A stretch of 64,000 bases of DNA from Gaiellaceae bacterium (lineage in GTDB: Bacteria; Actinomycetota; Thermoleophilia; Gaiellales; Gaiellaceae). The notes under the pieces are model-generated. The model was not told the origin of the DNA. It did not search any database and saw nothing but the letters and a program-made list of their open reading frames with translations. Positions within the stretch are counted from its first letter, which is position 1, and each line of letters opens with the position of its first letter. Where the stretch lies: assembly GCA_035707105.1 (NCBI GenBank), contig DASSUI010000029.1, positions 32,985 to 96,984 of the forward strand, given 5' to 3'. Below, in pieces: positions 1 through 9,829 of this stretch. Both the position numbers and the translations under genes were made by a program.

Positions 1-218
1 CCCGCCCGGGCGGCGAGGAGGCACAGGCGCTCGGTCGGGACGGTGGTCTCGGCGCTCACGACCGCAGTCTCGGGCGGCCGGGCCCCCCGGCCATCGGCGG
101 CTCCCCGGAGTGCCGTACGTGATTCCCCGCAACCACAAACCGAAAGCGCGCCGATGGCGTGTGCAAACAGGTGGATCACGCTCGTATGTGGCACCCCGAA
201 CAAAGAAGGGAGCTTTCG

Positions 219-941
219 ATGAACGAGCCGATCGTCGAGGCGAAGGCGCTCGTCAAGACCTACGACACGGGGGCCGTGCAGGTGCACGCCCTCAAGGGGG
301 TCGACCTCTCCATCGCGCGTGGCGAGATGGTCTCCATCATGGGGCCGTCCGGCTGCGGCAAGACGACCCTCCTCAACTGCCTGTCCGGGCTGGACGCCAT
401 CGACGGCGGCGACGTGCTCATCGAGGGCGTCTCGCTCGCGAAGATGTCCGACCGGCAGCGGACCGACTACCGCGCGGCCCACATGGGCTTCGTGTTCCAG
501 TTCTACAACTTGATGCCGGTGCTGACCGCGGTGGAGAACGTCGAGCTTCCGCTCCTCGTCTCCCGAATCCACGCCAAGGAGGCCCGCAGCAAGGCGCTCG
601 ACGCGCTCGAGCTCGTCGGGCTCAGGAAGCGCGCCGGCCACGTGCCGGACGAGCTGTCGGGCGGCGAGCGTCAGCGCACCACGATCGCCCGGGCCCTCGT
701 CAACGATCCCGCGATCGTGTGGGCCGACGAGCCGACCGGCGACCTCGACAGCGAGAACGCCGCCGAGATCACCGAGCTCATGCGCAAGCTGAACATCGAG
801 CGCGGGCTCACGTTCCTGATCGTGACGCACGACGTCACCGTCGGCCGGAAGGCCGACCGGATCATCCGGATGCTCGACGGCGGTGTCGTCGAGGACCAGT
901 ACCTGGAGGTTTCGCATGTTCGCGCGGGTCACGCAGCTTGA
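219..941 (+). CDS. ABC transporter ATP-binding protein (MacB/LolD-type)
   Basis: ORF 159..941. Walker [13 protein letters not shown] signature LSGGERQR, Walker [13 protein letters not shown]. Start moved to ATG 219 (MNEPIVEAK), which follows a GAAGGGAG RBS. Confidence 0.9.
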   Translation: MNEPIVEAKALVKTYDTGAVQVHALKGVDLSIARGEMVSIMGPSGCGKTTLLNCLSGLDAIDGGDVLIEGVSLAKMSDRQRTDYRAAHMGFVFQFYNLMPVLTAVENVELPLLVSRIHAKEARSKALDALELVGLRKRAGHVPDELSGGERQRTTIARALVNDPAIVWADEPTGDLDSENAAEITELMRKLNIERGLTFLIVTHDVTVGRKADRIIRMLDGGVVEDQYLEVSHVRAGHAA

Positions 942-1233
942 GATCGACACGACACGAATCGACATGGACTACGCCGTCCAGCTGTTCCGCGCGGAGGTGC
1001 TGCCCGCACTCCGCGAGCAGGAGGGCTACCACGGCACATACGTGCTCGCGAACCCCGACGGCAAGGCGCTGCTCGTGACGTTCTGGGAGACGGAGGAGGA
1101 GGCCGAGGCGTACGCGCCCACCGGCCAGTACTCCGAGCATCTCCGGCGGTACGCCGCGATCTTCAGCGCGCCCCCGGGACGCGACCGGTACGCGGTCTAC
1201 GTCGCCGACCAACCGGTCGGCCTCGCCAGCTAG
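916..1233 (+). CDS. small ABM/Dabb-like (ferredoxin-fold) protein
   Basis: ORF 883..1233. About 105 aa with the pattern [11 protein letters not shown]...[16 protein letters not shown], typical of antibiotic-biosynthesis-monooxygenase-like domains. ATG 916 follows GGAGG at 905..909 and overlaps the ATPase 3' end by 26 nt. Confidence 0.6.
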   Translation: MFARVTQLEIDTTRIDMDYAVQLFRAEVLPALREQEGYHGTYVLANPDGKALLVTFWETEEEAEAYAPTGQYSEHLRRYAAIFSAPPGRDRYAVYVADQPVGLAS

Positions 1234-1242
1234 GAGGCGACG

Positions 1243-4200
1243 ATGGACGAGCTCTTCGGCATTCCGATGGAGTCGCTGGCGCTCGGCATCCTCCTGGCGC
1301 TCGCGATCCTGGTGGGGGCGATCGGCGCCCTCGCGCTCCGTAACCGCATCTTCCTCAAGCTCGGTATCCGCAACGTGACCCGGCGACGCGCGCGGACGGC
1401 GCTGATCGTCCTGGGTCTGATGCTGGGCACGACCATCATCGCGTCCGCACTCGCGACCGGCGACACGATGAGCCACACGATCCGGTCCTCGGCGATCACG
1501 TCGCTGGGGGACACGGACGAGCTCGTGTCCGTTCGCGGCGCCGACGTCCAGGCCGAGGAGGAGCTCGGCTCGACGACCGGGATCGAGTACTTCTCGGAGG
1601 ACATCTTCCCCGAGGTGGAGTACGAGCTGCTGCTCGGCCACGAGGAACTCATCGACGGCGTCGCGCCCGCGATCATCGAGCCGCTCGCCGTCCAGAGCGT
1701 CACGACGCGGCAGAGCGAGCCGCGCGTGACCCTCTTCGCGAGTGACCAGGCCCACCTCGGCGCGTTCGGTGAGATCCGCCGTCATTCCGACGGCGAGCCG
1801 CAGTACCTCAACGACCTCCGCCCGGGCGAGGTGTTCCTCAACTCGGACGCAGCCGATGACCTTCAGGCCGCGCCGGGCCACGCGCTCCGCCTGTACGCCG
1901 AGGGCGCGTCGGTGCCCGTCAAGGTTCGGGAGATCGTCGACTACGAGGGCGCCGGCACCGACGGCGGCGCGCTCATCCTGCCGCTCGACCAGGCGCAACG
2001 GCTCCTGCACCGCGTGGGCCAGATCAAGCACGTCCTGATCTCCAACCGCGGCGACGAGCTCTCCGGCGCGGACCTGACCGACCAGGTCACGAGGATCGTG
2101 AACCCGGTCGTGACGCCGCGCGGGCTCGAGGTCGACCCGGTCAAGGAGGACGCGCTCGAGGCCGCCGACGCCGAGGGCAACGCGTTCATGACGCTGTTCA
2201 CGACGTTCGGGAGCTTCTCGATCTTCGCCGGTGCGCTGCTGATCTTCCTGATCTTCGTCATGCTCGCCGCGGAACGCCGCGGGGAGCTCGGAATCGCGCG
2301 AGCGGTCGGCACGAGGCGCGGCCACCTCGTCCAGCTGTACCTGTTCGAGGGCCTCGCCTACGACCTGGTGGCGGCAGCCGTCGGTTCGCTCCTCGGTGTC
2401 GCCGTTGCGTTCGGGATGGTCTTCGTCATGGCGCAGGCGCTCGACTTCACCGGTGTGGAGATCCAGCACGACGTCACGGCCGAGAGCCTGATCGTCGGCT
2501 TCGGGATGGGCGTCCTGCTCACGTTCGTGATCGTCACCGTCTCCGCATGGCGGGTGAGCCGCCTGAACATCGTCGCTGCGATCCGGAACACCCCGGAGCC
2601 GCTCGTCCGCAAGTCCCGCAAGCGGCGGTGGATCCCCGGGATCCTCGCCATCCTGCTGGGCGTCCTGCTCACGATGTCCGGCCTCTCGGCGGCCGATGCC
2701 GCCGCGTTCATGCTCGGCGTCTCCCTCGTCGTCGTCGGAGCCGTGCCCCTCGCGCGGGCGGCCGGCCTCTCCGAGCGGATCGTCTTCACGATCGCAGGGC
2801 TGGCGCTCGTCGTCTGGTGGCTCCTGCCCTTCGACACCGTCGAGACGCTCGCCGGCAAGGAGCTGAAGTGGGGCTTCGGCGTCTGGATCATGGGCGGGAT
2901 CTTCGTCGTGCTCGGCTCGGCGTGGACGCTGATCTTCAACGCCGACATCCTGCTCGGAGGCCTCACCGCCACCGTCGGACGCATCCGCGCCTTGACGCCG
3001 ATCCTGAAAATGGCGATCGCGTATCCGCTGCGAAACCGCTTCCGCACCGGCGTCACGCTGGCGATGTTCACGCTCGTGGTCTTCACCCTCGTCGTCGGCG
3101 CGGTCATCTCCGGATCGTTCATCAACGCGATGAACAATCCGGAGCAGTTCGGCGGCGGGTTCGACATCCGCGCCCAGGCGGCGCCAACGAACCCGATCAT
3201 CGACATGGACTCGGCGATCCGCCAGGCGCAGGGGCTGAACCGGACCGACTTCACGGTCGTCTCGGAGCAGTCGTTCCTCGCCGCCGAGGCCCGGCAGGTG
3301 GGGTACAAGGACGGCTTCACGGACTACGGGGTCCGTGGGCTCGACGACGCGTTCCTCCGCCACACGACGTTCGGCTTCGCCGCGCGCGCCCGTGGCTACG
3401 ACAGCCCGGAGGAGGTGTGGTCCGCGCTCGCCGACCGACCGGGATTCGCGGTGGTGGACAGCATCGTCGCCCCGCGACGCGACAACTGGAACGCCGGCGC
3501 CGTGCTGCCCGACTTCAAGCTGCACGGGTTCCTTCTCGAGGACGGCACCTTCGACCCGCTGACGCTCATGACCCGCGACCCCCAGACGGGCAAGACGCTG
3601 AAGCTGACCGTGATCGGAATCCTCGCCGAGACCGTGCCCTTCGCGATGCAAGGCATCTCGACCTCGCAGTCGACGCTCGAGTCCGCCTACGGCGACCGCG
3701 TACAGCCGACCGCGTACTACTACGCGCTCGCCGACGGGGTCGATCCGAGGGCGGAGGCACCGAAGCTCGAGTCCACGTTCGTCGCGAACGGCCTGGAGGC
3801 CGACGCGCTGGACGAGGTCCTCGAGGACTCGATCGCCGTCCAGTGGACGTTCAACCGCTTGATCCAGGGCTTCATGGGCCTCGGCCTGATCGTCGGCATC
3901 GCCGCCCTGGGCGTGATCAGCGCCCGGGCCGTCGTCGAGCGCCGGCAGCAGATCGGGATCCTCAGGGCGCTCGGCTTCCGGCGGCGGATGATCCAGCTCA
4001 GCTTCCTGATCGAGTCGTCGTTCATCGCCCTGACGGCGATCGTCGTCGGAACGGTGCTCGCGCTGATCGTCGCGGTCAACGTCATCGACGACACGGCAAG
4101 CCAGTCGAGCTGGAGCGACATCGCGATCGTCGTGCCGTGGGTGAACATGGCGATCATCTTCGGCGCGGTGTACGCCGCCGCGCTGCTCGCGACGCTCGCG

Positions 4201-4254
4201 CCGGCCGTGCGCGCGTCGAGGGTCTACCCGGCGGAGGCGCTGCGCTATGAGTAG
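1243..4254 (+). CDS. ABC transporter permease with two FtsX/MacB-type modules
   Basis: 1003 aa. Two large soluble segments, each followed by a helix bundle. The post-TM linker is repeated (AERRGELGIARAVGTRRGHL and VERRQQIGILRALGFRRRMI). AGGAGG RBS before ATG 1243. Confidence 0.85.
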   Translation: MDELFGIPMESLALGILLALAILVGAIGALALRNRIFLKLGIRNVTRRRARTALIVLGLMLGTTIIASALATGDTMSHTIRSSAITSLGDTDELVSVRGADVQAEEELGSTTGIEYFSEDIFPEVEYELLLGHEELIDGVAPAIIEPLAVQSVTTRQSEPRVTLFASDQAHLGAFGEIRRHSDGEPQYLNDLRPGEVFLNSDAADDLQAAPGHALRLYAEGASVPVKVREIVDYEGAGTDGGALILPLDQAQRLLHRVGQIKHVLISNRGDELSGADLTDQVTRIVNPVVTPRGLEVDPVKEDALEAADAEGNAFMTLFTTFGSFSIFAGALLIFLIFVMLAAERRGELGIARAVGTRRGHLVQLYLFEGLAYDLVAAAVGSLLGVAVAFGMVFVMAQALDFTGVEIQHDVTAESLIVGFGMGVLLTFVIVTVSAWRVSRLNIVAAIRNTPEPLVRKSRKRRWIPGILAILLGVLLTMSGLSAADAAAFMLGVSLVVVGAVPLARAAGLSERIVFTIAGLALVVWWLLPFDTVETLAGKELKWGFGVWIMGGIFVVLGSAWTLIFNADILLGGLTATVGRIRALTPILKMAIAYPLRNRFRTGVTLAMFTLVVFTLVVGAVISGSFINAMNNPEQFGGGFDIRAQAAPTNPIIDMDSAIRQAQGLNRTDFTVVSEQSFLAAEARQVGYKDGFTDYGVRGLDDAFLRHTTFGFAARARGYDSPEEVWSALADRPGFAVVDSIVAPRRDNWNAGAVLPDFKLHGFLLEDGTFDPLTLMTRDPQTGKTLKLTVIGILAETVPFAMQGISTSQSTLESAYGDRVQPTAYYYALADGVDPRAEAPKLESTFVANGLEADALDEVLEDSIAVQWTFNRLIQGFMGLGLIVGIAALGVISARAVVERRQQIGILRALGFRRRMIQLSFLIESSFIALTAIVVGTVLALIVAVNVIDDTASQSSWSDIAIVVPWVNMAIIFGAVYAAALLATLAPAVRASRVYPAEALRYE

Positions 4255-5035
4255 CGCCGAGACGACGAAGAAGGTCGTCGCGGCCGTCGACACGAGCCTC
4301 GCAGGCAACCCCGTCCTCGTCACCGCCCGCGCGCTCGCACGTGTGCTGGGCGCGCGGGTCGAGGGCATCCACGTGGTCGCCGACAGCGGCGCGCCGCCCC
4401 ACCAGGCTGCCGCCGCCGTCGGGGTCCCGCTCCGGGTCGTCGCCGGCCCCGTCGTCGAGCGGCTCGTCGAGGCCGACCGGGCCGAGGACACGGCCGCGAT
4501 GGTGATCGGCGCCCGGTCGTCGCCCGCGAGTCCGCACGCGCTGGGCTCGACGGCGCTGGCGGTCGTCACGGCTTCCACGAAGCCGGTCGTCGTCGTCCCG
4601 CCTGTCGGCCGGATCACGCCGCGGATCGGACGCGTCCTCGTCCCGCTCGAGGGGACCGTCTCCACCTCGCTTGCGCCTCGCTCGGTCATCGAGCTGGCGC
4701 GAGAGGCGAGCATCGAGGTGGTGGCGCTCCACGTCGGTCGCGACGAGGTGGCCGACGAGGACGAGTTCCTGCGCCGCTGGTGTCCCTCGGGCATCGGACA
4801 TGTCCAGCTCGAGGTCCGCCAGGGGCGGCGCGAGGACCTCGTTCCGCAGGTCGCCGACGAGCTCGAGTGCGACGTGATCGCCCTCGGCTGGAGCCGGGAC
4901 CTGGAGCCCGGCCGGGCGCAGGTCATCCGGGCGGCGCTCGAGCGTTCGCCGCTCCCTATCATGCTCATCCCGGTCCGTGTCCAGACCAAGGAGAAGGAGC
5001 AGTCGGCAGCGCCCGTACCAGCAGGAGCGACGTGA
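4247..5035 (+). CDS. tandem universal stress protein (UspA family)
   Basis: 262 aa with two USP-like halves ([16 protein letters not shown]... and [13 protein letters not shown]...CDVIALGW). ATG overlaps the permease stop by 8 nt. Confidence 0.75.
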   Translation: MSSAETTKKVVAAVDTSLAGNPVLVTARALARVLGARVEGIHVVADSGAPPHQAAAAVGVPLRVVAGPVVERLVEADRAEDTAAMVIGARSSPASPHALGSTALAVVTASTKPVVVVPPVGRITPRIGRVLVPLEGTVSTSLAPRSVIELAREASIEVVALHVGRDEVADEDEFLRRWCPSGIGHVQLEVRQGRREDLVPQVADELECDVIALGWSRDLEPGRAQVIRAALERSPLPIMLIPVRVQTKEKEQSAAPVPAGAT

Positions 5036-7410
5036 CGGCAGCGAGCGCGACGGCGACGGCTGAGCCGCTCGCGCCGGAGGAGCTCCGGCTCGTCGACGCC
5101 TACTGGCGGGCGGCGAACTACCTCTCGGTCGCCCAGGTCTACCTGCTCGAGAACCCGCTCCTTCGCGCGCCGCTCGAGCCGGAGCACGTCAAGCCGAGGC
5201 TCCTCGGGCACTTCGGGACGACGCCCGGCCTGAACCTGATCTACGTCCACATGAACCGCGCGATCCGAGAGCGCGACCTGGACGCCATCTACGTCACCGG
5301 GCCGGGCCACGGCGGGCCGGCGCTCGTCGCGAACGCCTACCTGGAGGGGACGTACACGGAGCGCTACCCCGACGTGTCCGAGGACGAGGCCGGGCTCCGG
5401 AAGCTCTTCCGGCAGTTCTCCTTCCCCGGCGGGATCCCGAGCCACGTTGCACCGGAGGTGCCGGGCTCGATCCACGAGGGCGGCGAGCTCGGGTACGCGC
5501 TCGTCCACGCGTTCGGGGCGGCGTTCGACAACCCCGACCTCGTCGTCGCCTGCGTCGTCGGCGACGGGGAGGCGGAGACCGGCCCGCTCGCCGCGAGCTG
5601 GCACTCGAACAAGTTCCTGAACGCGCGGGCCGACGGCGCCGTCCTGCCGATCCTTCACCTGAATGGCTACAAGATCGCGAACCCGACCGTCCTGGCCCGC
5701 ATCCCCGAGGACGAGCTGGTTGCGCTGTTCCGCGGCTACGGCTGGGAGCCGCTGCTCGTCGAGGGCGACGAGCCGGAGGAGGTCCACCAGGCGTTCGCCG
5801 CGACCCTCGACGTCGCGCTCGACCGGATCCGCGAGATCCAGCGGGCCGCCCGCGACGACGGCGAGACGGTCCGGCCGACCTGGCCGATGATCGTCCTGCG
5901 CACGCCGAAGGGCTGGACGGGGCCCGAGGAGGTCGACGGCCTGCCCACCGAGGGGAGCTGGCGCTCGCACCAGGTCCCGATGGCAGACGTTCGCCAGAAC
6001 CCCGAGCACCTCGCTCTGCTCGAGGGGTGGCTCCGCAGCTACCGGCCGGACGAGCTCTTCGACGACGAGGGGCGCCTCCACCCGGACCTCGCCGAGCTCC
6101 CGCCGAGCGGCAGTCGGCGGATGAGCGCGAACCCGCACGCGAACGGCGGCGAGCTCCTCCGCGACCTCGCGCTTCCGGACTTCCGGGACTACGCGGTCGA
6201 GGTGGACAAACCCGGGACGACGACGAGCGAGGCGACCCGCGTGCTCGGCACCTTCCTTCGCGACGTCGTCGCGCGGAACCGCGACAACTTCCGAATCGTC
6301 GGCCCCGACGAGACCGCCTCCAACCGGCTCGGCGACGTCTTCGCCGTCACGGACCGGGTCTGGAACGCGGAGATCAAGGAGACCGACGACGGCCTGGGGC
6401 CCGAAGGGCGGGTCATGGAGGTCCTCTCCGAGCACCTCTGCCAGGGCTGGCTGGAGGGCTACCTCCTGACCGGCCGGCACGGGCTCTTCAACTGCTACGA
6501 GGCCTTCATCCACATCGTCGACTCGATGTTCAACCAGCACGCGAAGTGGCTGAAGGTGACGCGGGACATCCCCTGGCGGCGCCCGATCGCATCCCTCAAC
6601 TACCTCCTCAGCTCGCACGTCTGGCGCCAGGACCACAACGGCTTCTCCCACCAGGACCCGGGGTTCATCGACCACGTGGTGAACAAGAAGGCCGAGGTGA
6701 TCCGGGTCTACCTGCCGCCCGACGCGAACACGCTGCTGTCGGTGGCCGACCACTGCCTGCGCAGCCGCAACTACGTGAACGTGATCGTGGCCGGCAAGCA
6801 GCCCGCGCTCGACTACCTCTCCATGGACGACGCGATCATCCACTGCACGCGCGGTCTCGGCATCTGGCAGTGGGCCTCGAACGACGAGGGCGGCGAGCCC
6901 GACGTCGTGCTCGCGGCCGCGGGCGACATCCCCACCCTGGAGACCCTCGCCGCCGCCGCCATCCTGCGTGAGGAGCTGCCCGACCTGAAGGTGCGCGTCG
7001 TGAACGTCGTCGACTTGATGCGCCTCCAGCCTGACACCGAGCATCCCCACGGCCTGCCCGACGCCGAGTTCGACTCGATCTTCACGAAGGACAAGCCGAT
7101 CGTCTTCGCCTACCACGGCTACCCGTGGCTGATCCACCGGCTCGCCTACCGGCGGACGAACCACCGCAACCTCCACGTTCGCGGCTACAAGGAGGAGGGG
7201 ACGACGACCACGCCGTTCGACATGGCCATGCTCAACGACCTCGACCGGTACCACCTCGCGATCGACGTGATCGACCGCGTGCCGGGCCTGGGAGCCCGCA
7301 ACGCCGGGCTGCGCCAGGAGCTCGAGATGCGCCGTCTGAAGGCCCGCTCCTGGACGCGCACGTACGGCGAGGACGACCCCGAGATCAGCGGCTGGACCTG
7401 GCCGTATTGA
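5032..7410 (+). CDS. xfp: xylulose-5-phosphate/fructose-6-phosphate phosphoketolase
   Basis: ORF 4780..7410. XFP-family motifs: [40 protein letters not shown]. Length about 792 aa from GTG 5032, which overlaps the USP stop as GTGA. The earlier ORF-track start would overlap the USP gene. Confidence 0.9.
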   Translation: MTAASATATAEPLAPEELRLVDAYWRAANYLSVAQVYLLENPLLRAPLEPEHVKPRLLGHFGTTPGLNLIYVHMNRAIRERDLDAIYVTGPGHGGPALVANAYLEGTYTERYPDVSEDEAGLRKLFRQFSFPGGIPSHVAPEVPGSIHEGGELGYALVHAFGAAFDNPDLVVACVVGDGEAETGPLAASWHSNKFLNARADGAVLPILHLNGYKIANPTVLARIPEDELVALFRGYGWEPLLVEGDEPEEVHQAFAATLDVALDRIREIQRAARDDGETVRPTWPMIVLRTPKGWTGPEEVDGLPTEGSWRSHQVPMADVRQNPEHLALLEGWLRSYRPDELFDDEGRLHPDLAELPPSGSRRMSANPHANGGELLRDLALPDFRDYAVEVDKPGTTTSEATRVLGTFLRDVVARNRDNFRIVGPDETASNRLGDVFAVTDRVWNAEIKETDDGLGPEGRVMEVLSEHLCQGWLEGYLLTGRHGLFNCYEAFIHIVDSMFNQHAKWLKVTRDIPWRRPIASLNYLLSSHVWRQDHNGFSHQDPGFIDHVVNKKAEVIRVYLPPDANTLLSVADHCLRSRNYVNVIVAGKQPALDYLSMDDAIIHCTRGLGIWQWASNDEGGEPDVVLAAAGDIPTLETLAAAAILREELPDLKVRVVNVVDLMRLQPDTEHPHGLPDAEFDSIFTKDKPIVFAYHGYPWLIHRLAYRRTNHRNLHVRGYKEEGTTTTPFDMAMLNDLDRYHLAIDVIDRVPGLGARNAGLRQELEMRRLKARSWTRTYGEDDPEISGWTWPY

Positions 7411-7424
7411 CCTGGCCGTATTGA
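7397..7424 (+). repeat. perfect 14-bp tandem duplication (CCTGGCCGTATTGA x2) spanning the xfp stop codon
   Basis: 7397..7410 and 7411..7424 are identical. The first copy contains the xfp TGA at 7408..7410. Confidence 0.95.
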
Positions 7425-7448
7425 GGACGGTTTGAAGGAACGCGGCCT

Positions 7449-8471
7449 GTGTCGCCGGGCCTCGCTGCCCGCTCCGAGGGCGCGTCCTCGGTCGCGCCCG
7501 TACCCTCCGGGTACGACCGCTCCCTGTGTCCTCCCCTCGAAACGGCCATCGAACCCCGGCAACGAGCAACGTCCCTCCAAACCGTCCTGACGGTCAACGC
7601 GGGCTCCACGAGCCTGAAGCGCCACCTCGTCGGCGGCGGCGAGGCGCGTCCCGTCGAGGACTACGTTCCGGCCGACGCGGTCGGCCACCGGGTCGTGCAC
7701 GGCGGCGCCCGGTTCGTCCAGCCGACGCTGATCGACGACGACGTGATCGCGGCGATCGAGGAGCTCCGTCCGCTCGCGCCGCTCCACAACGAGCCGGCGC
7801 TGCGCGCCATCCGGGAGGCGCAGGAGGCACTGCCCGACATCCCGCACGTCGCGGTCTTCGACACCGCCTTCATGGCCACGATCCCCGAGGAGGCGGCGAC
7901 GTACGCGATCCCTCGACGCTGGCGCGAGGAGTGGGGGGTGCGTCGGTACGGCTTCCACGGGATCGCGGTCCGGTCGGTCGCCGAGCGGCTCGACGCCGCG
8001 CGCATCGTCGTCTGCCACCTCGGCGGCGGCTGCTCGGTCACGGCGGTCCTCGAGGGTCGTGCGGCCGACACGTCGATGGGCTTCAGCCCCCTCGAAGGCG
8101 TCCCGATGGCGACGCGCTCCGGCTCGATCGACCCCGGCGCGCTCGTCTACCTCCTGCGCGAGCGCGGCCTCACCGTCGAGGAGCTCGACCGGGGCCTCGA
8201 GCACGAGTCGGGGCTCGCAGCGCTCGGCGGCCTCGACGACCCGCTCGGCTTCGCCGTCTACACGTACCGGATCGCCGGCGTCGCCGCGCACATGGCGATG
8301 GCACTCGGCGGGCTCGACGTCCTCGCGTTCTCCGGCGGGGTGGGGGAGAACCGCGCCGACGTCCGCGACGCGATCGCGGGCCGCCTGCGCTTCGCGGGCG
8401 AGTTCCGCGTCGAGGCCGTCCACTCGCGCGAGGAGCTCGTGATCGCGGAGGCGGTCGGCGAGCTGCTCTAG
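7449..8471 (+). CDS. ackA: acetate kinase (compact form)
   Basis: Motifs TVNAGSTSLK, YGFHGIA, VCHLGGGCSVTAV, FSGGVGEN. There is no ATG/GTG/TTG in frame between 7449 and the conserved N-terminus near 7580. The start is therefore either GTG 7449 (44-aa extension) or non-canonical. Confidence 0.8.
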   Translation: MSPGLAARSEGASSVAPVPSGYDRSLCPPLETAIEPRQRATSLQTVLTVNAGSTSLKRHLVGGGEARPVEDYVPADAVGHRVVHGGARFVQPTLIDDDVIAAIEELRPLAPLHNEPALRAIREAQEALPDIPHVAVFDTAFMATIPEEAATYAIPRRWREEWGVRRYGFHGIAVRSVAERLDAARIVVCHLGGGCSVTAVLEGRAADTSMGFSPLEGVPMATRSGSIDPGALVYLLRERGLTVEELDRGLEHESGLAALGGLDDPLGFAVYTYRIAGVAAHMAMALGGLDVLAFSGGVGENRADVRDAIAGRLRFAGEFRVEAVHSREELVIAEAVGELL

Positions 8472-9064
8472 CCGTCCCAGGCGTACGCCTGGTCGGCGTA
8501 GCGGATCCGGCCCTCGACCAACGGCCGCCACGCGTCGGCGGCTTCCCAGATCGACTCGTCCGCGGCCAGCCGCTCGACGAAGGCCGCGGGGACGCCCTCG
8601 AAGACGAAGACGACCTCCTCGTCGGTGACGTAGACCTCGTGGCCGCTCAGCCCGAGCTCGGCCGGGTCGAAGGGCGGGCCGCCCCGCAGCAGCGCCTCCG
8701 CCTGCTCCTTCGCGCCAGGCCGCAGCGGTACCACGAGGGCGGCGCGCTCGACGCGGTCGGGCCGGGCGGCGAGGCCGGCGAGGCGCTCGGCAACCTCGCG
8801 GATGATCCCGGGCTGCGCGACGCTGGCGATCTTGATCGCGCTCTCGTCGGTCAGCTCCAGGATCAGCGTCGGCCTGCCCTGGAGCCGGTCGCCGCTCGCG
8901 TGCGCGAGCCGGTAGCGCTCGACGTCGGTGTAGTGGACGCTTCGGGTCAGCGGGCCGGCGCCGTTCCGGCCCTCGAGCCGGAGCGCCTCGGTGCCGAGCT
9001 CCAGGCGGCCGGAATGCCGAACCCCGTCCGGCTCCTGCCAGGTCACTGCGTAGGTGATCCGCAT
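8468..9064 (-). CDS. hypothetical two-domain protein; C-terminal domain is paralogous to 14290..14587
   Basis: 198-aa ORF with coding-like composition. The C-terminal about 95 aa aligns with the ORF ending at 14587 (LRPGAKEQAEALLRGGPPFDPAELGLSGHEVYV..VVFVFEG). Confidence 0.6.
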   Translation of the reverse strand: MRITYAVTWQEPDGVRHSGRLELGTEALRLEGRNGAGPLTRSVHYTDVERYRLAHASGDRLQGRPTLILELTDESAIKIASVAQPGIIREVAERLAGLAARPDRVERAALVVPLRPGAKEQAEALLRGGPPFDPAELGLSGHEVYVTDEEVVFVFEGVPAAFVERLAADESIWEAADAWRPLVEGRIRYADQAYAWDG

Positions 9065-9097
9065 GCCGGGATGATCGATGGATCGCGGCGCGATCGC

Positions 9098-9175
9098 GTC
9101 CGTACTTTTCCGTGCTCGCGATGGGGCGATGCCGACGACCGGCCTTCGGAAGCCCCGCCGGTCCGTACTTTCCCG
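9098..9175. promoter_or_regulatory. two 15-bp direct repeats (GTCCGTACTTTTCCG / GTCCGTACTTTCCCG) in a divergent promoter region
   Basis: 9098..9112 and 9161..9175 match at 14 of 15 positions, with starts 63 bp apart. They lie between the divergent starts at 9064 (-) and 9256 (+). Confidence 0.45.
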
Positions 9176-9255
9176 AGCAGGCCATCGGTGCGCCCGCCGA
9201 TGCCGCTACGTGGTCGCCCGGCGACGATTGGAGGCGTCCGACAAGGAGGCTTCAG

Positions 9256-9708
9256 ATGACGATCTCGAAGGACTTCCGTTTCCCCGTATCCGTGGTCTTC
9301 GAGGGCGAGCGCCTTGCCACCGTCGCGGCCCCGGACCTCGACCCGATCACCGTCGCCGTGCCGCCGGAGTTCAAGGGGCCGGGCGGCCGCTGGAGTCCCG
9401 AGCACCTGCTCGTCGCCGGCGTCGCCTCGTGCTACGCCGTCACGTTCGCCGCGATCGCCGAGCGGCGCGGGATCCCGCTCCACTCGCTCAGCATCACGGC
9501 CACCGGCCATGTGGGGCATCGCGACGACGGCCGCATGGGCTTCATCGCGATCGAGCTGACGCCGAGGATCCAGACCGACGAGGACTTCGTCGACGCGGCC
9601 GAGCGGACGGCCCGAGCTGCGCACACGGCCTGCATCGTCTCGAGCGCGCTCTCGGTCCCTGTGGAGGTCACGCCGGTCGTTCGCGCGACCGAGCTCGCCT
9701 TCGCGTAG
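9256..9708 (+). CDS. OsmC/Ohr family peroxiredoxin-like protein
   Basis: ORF 9112..9708. ATG 9256 follows AAGGAGG. OsmC-like pattern SPEHLLVAGVASCYAVTF...ACIVS with two conserved Cys. Confidence 0.8.
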   Translation: MTISKDFRFPVSVVFEGERLATVAAPDLDPITVAVPPEFKGPGGRWSPEHLLVAGVASCYAVTFAAIAERRGIPLHSLSITATGHVGHRDDGRMGFIAIELTPRIQTDEDFVDAAERTARAAHTACIVSSALSVPVEVTPVVRATELAFA

Positions 9709-9829
9709 AAGGGTCGCCCGCAGCTTCGATGGGGGAAAAGCCGCAGAACGGCGGCGGCTCGGCCCCGATGGCGCTCCCGGTGCCCGCCATGAGGCTCCGT
9801 CCATGGCAGCACACGAGAAAGGAGTCGCC

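Noticed and set aside
1-59. A possible 5' end of a minus-strand gene (GTG at 57..59 reading out of the window).
   Set aside because: Fewer than 20 codons are visible and there is no motif. It cannot be supported.
4780-5031. N-terminal extension of the phosphoketolase ORF, plus similar extensions of ORFs at 159, 883, 9112, 17280, 31840, 32948, 40675 and 53055.
   Set aside because: The extensions overlap the preceding gene or look non-coding. Internal starts with an RBS or a GTGA/ATGA coupling give proteins of family-typical length.
862-7569. A 2235-aa uninterrupted minus-strand ORF spanning five plus-strand genes.
   Set aside because: Its translation is Arg/Gly/Asp/Val/Pro-rich low-complexity sequence with no recognisable motifs. 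It lies exactly antisense to genes with strong family signatures (FtsX permease, USP, phosphoketolase). Stop-free antisense frames are expected when codon third positions are almost all G or C.
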